Shown here one piece after another: positions 61,401 to 64,000 of a stretch of DNA of 64,000 nucleotides (position 1 is its first letter; each line of letters opens with the position of its first letter). A model generated the notes under the pieces. It made no database searches. It was not told the DNA's origin and was given only the letters and a program-made list of their open reading frames with translations. The position numbers were made by a program, and so were the translations under genes. Origin of the DNA: Vicugna vicugna (lineage: Eukaryota); the NCBI GenBank assembly GCA_013265495.1, contig MU057947.1, forward strand, positions 1,449,070-1,513,069, read 5' to 3'.

Positions 61401-62599
61401 CCTACTGTTTGATGGGATTTTGGCTTCATTTTGAAAGGTCCTTCTAAAATGAGATTTTAGACCGAGAGAAACTAGTTTTTTTAAGGTACATAATTTCACA
61501 AGCCAGTATCCAAAGAAATACCAAATGTGATGGAAGCGTGAGAATTATCTTGGGTTTTGAGGGGAAAGGGATCCAGGATTTCCCAGCAGAGAGAGAGTGT
61601 CGGCGGGGCTTTAGGGGGCTAGGACCTGGCAGGGCAGGTGGCCCAGGGGCTCCAGGAACAACCTGACCCAGACCGTTGCCCACACCCGGGCTGGGCAGCT
61701 CCCAGCCAGTCTCCCGGTGCGGGTCTGCCGTTGCGTCTGTGTGACAGGACGCTGGGAATGAGGCGCTCCTTCTCGTGGCCGTAAAGAACAGCAGCGGGTC
61801 GGGCACCCAGAAGCCCTTAGCTCGGATGCCCCTTCAGTGCAGACACGAAGGGCACCAAGGGTTTAGAGGACGACACAACCTGGTTAAACACGAGAAGGAG
61901 CAGGGGTGATGCCAGCTCTCAGGATCGCAGAGAAGCCACCGGAAGTGCCAAAGGCGCCTGGGAAGTGGGTGGGGTCCTGCTGTTGCTCATGGGAAGGGGG
62001 GCCTGTGGCCTAAGGCCGAGGGCCTGTCTCTGAATCCACTGACCTTCTCCTGGCATCACAGACCGAGACTGCCCAGCTGCAAGACAGAGCTCAGAGCAGT
62101 TGTCCGAAGAGAGCAGCCACGACAGTGGCCCCTTGTCCCTGTGCTGCTGGGGTTTGGACCCATTTCCTTCCTCTTGAAGCCTAAGGTCCCTCCGTGGACT
62201 TGCTCCTCCAGCCCCAGGCTGTGCTCTCAGACCCGCCTGTCCACTTGGCTCTGTCCAGCTGCTCCCAGAACCTGTGAGACCCACCGTGCCCTGGCCTCAC
62301 CCCTGCCTCATGCGGGATAACCTTTCCCCACCTGCTCCCTGGGCTGCTCAGGCCATGGCCAGTGCTAGCTGAAGTTGACCTTGGACGCCCTTGGGAAAGA
62401 CAAGACTTTGCCATTGCCCATCTGAGGATGAGACGAGATTCCCACACAAGTGACAGTGGAGCGAGGTCCCTCGTTCCCCCAGTCCATCTTCCTCGGACAT
62501 TAGGGAGGAGTCTGTCCCTCTGTTCTTGACTCCCAAACCAGTCTCAGGTCCCTTTGGCTGGATTCTGCATCTGTGAAGGATGGCCAAGTCCTGTGCTGT

Positions 62600-62808
62600 C
62601 TGGAATTCTGGCCCTCCTTGTGCAGCTCCATTTTTCCATTTGCTGCACTTCATGTGTCGCCCGCTGGTCCTCACCCTTTCCTGTCGGTCGCGGGTGAGCT
62701 TCCCGAGGCGGAATGGCTGTTGCTATGTCAGTTGTGGTCTTTCCAGGGCTGAGAGCAGGGGCTGGAACACAGCAGGTGCTCAATAAACAAACAGATGAAT
62801 AATGAATA
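62600..62808 (+). mobile_element. L2 3' end
   Basis: ccagggctgagagcagggggctggaacacagcaggtgctcaataaacaaacagatgaataatgaa is the characteristic L2 terminus. Confidence 0.75.
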
Positions 62809-62899
62809 AACTGAAACGCGAAGCATGTAGACGTGGGTATGATGTCTACCAGCTGCCTAAGAAGAGGATGGTATTTTAATATTTTCTCGTATCTGCAAA

Positions 62900-63078
62900 G
62901 CGTATCTGCAAATACCCTGGACTATCAGCAGCAGTGGGTGTCTGGGGAGAGAGGCGAGTGGGAGGCCCTGTGATCAGAGACGGGGCTGGGGAGGAGATTC
63001 CTGCCTGCAGATCCTTCTGAGTTTTGATTTTTGGACCATATGAGTCAATTACCTAATCATAAAAATAGATATATTTTA
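62900..63078 (+). mobile_element. L1ME-like 3' terminus
   Basis: cagtgggtgtctgggga..ttttgatttttggaccatatgagt..attaccta..aaaaata. Confidence 0.55.
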
Positions 63079-64000
63079 ACAGAAACAAACTAAAGTTGAC
63101 TTTGGGGGAAAACAAGGGGTCCCTGACGAATGGACACGCAGTTGCTTGAGTCCAGAGCATCCGCGACGATCCCGACATTGGCCATTGTCCTGAATGGCCC
63201 TGCTTCTACCAACAGACAGCCCGTTCATGTTTGGAGGACAGAGGTCTGTACCCCACAAGGCCACCATCAAGCCCAGACTGCTGGAACATCGGCGCTGCTG
63301 CGGTGATGACGGAACAAAGCTGGTTTGTGTGAGAAAGCGTATGGCGTCTTCTGAGAATGACACTCTGGGGTTCTGAGCCGCCGAATGGTGCTTTGGGCAG
63401 CAGGACAGCGCTCCAGCAAAAGCCACGCAAGGGGCCCGTGGTGCTTCAGCACAGCCCAGGGGCGTCACGCCGCCTCCCCGGGCAAGGATGCAACTGGCTA
63501 TAAGCCGAGGGACCCACGGACCCTCTGGCAACATCGTTCCACGCGCTTAAAGGCACTGCCAGCTGCAACCCCCCGAATAAACCAAGCCCAGGTCAAAAGT
63601 TACTTCACGTCAAAATTTTTATCGTAGTAATAAACCCTGTCAGGGCTTGAAGGCCCTGTGACAGTACGTTTATCCGCTCTGCAGACAGAACACCGGGGAG
63701 GGGAGACGTTGCATTTGTTGGTTTTGTTTTATTACCAGTTCGCTGAGACGTGGAACAGCCGCCATTTCCTAAACACGCCAGAATACGTAGCTAATTCTGT
63801 CCTCCCGCCTGGGCCCACTAGTGCCGTGAACTAAAATATTTTTTTCTGGAGCATTTTGAGTCATCAGTCAATGGTCTAAACTTTTCTTGATTCGGGTAGT
63901 GTGTCTTCCCCTGAGTCAGAGTTAGAGGGGGTCCTGGTAAGCTGTTCTGACCCGACAGTTCTCACCCCTGGTGACACGTGGGACTTTCAGCACTCTGATG

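Noticed and set aside
1..64000. CRISPR array, operon or other prokaryotic/viral system
   Set aside because: The sequence is mammalian throughout. I saw no regularly spaced repeat-spacer array and no gene-dense or foreign-composition segment.

Overview
Mammalian, GC/CpG-rich (subtelomere-like) non-coding DNA, most likely from a camelid, because it carries two tRNA-Ala(AGC)-derived Vic-1-type SINEs and many cetartiodactyl-type L1 3' tails. I recognise no protein-coding host gene. The only ORFs with a recognisable protein are LINE-1 ORF2 C-terminal remnants (9626-10294, ~11100-11430); the rest look like GC-driven spurious ORFs. The window is a patchwork of repeats: ~13 young L1 3' fragments, ancient L1M/L2/MIR pieces, MLT1, MER31-like and two ERV1-type solo LTRs, a Tigger1 derivative and hAT MITEs. 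It also holds a promoter-like CpG island at ~34.6-35.15 kb. The best signals are (1) old L1 copies rewritten almost unidirectionally from A/T to G/C, a fossil GC-biased gene conversion signature, (2) a strong minus-strand bias of young L1s suggesting a plus-strand host transcript, (3) nested insertions with target-site duplications, and (4) candidate promoters, CTCF sites and spliced non-coding exons. I found no evidence for a novel multi-gene system. Repeat family names are from memory of consensus sequences, not from a database search.
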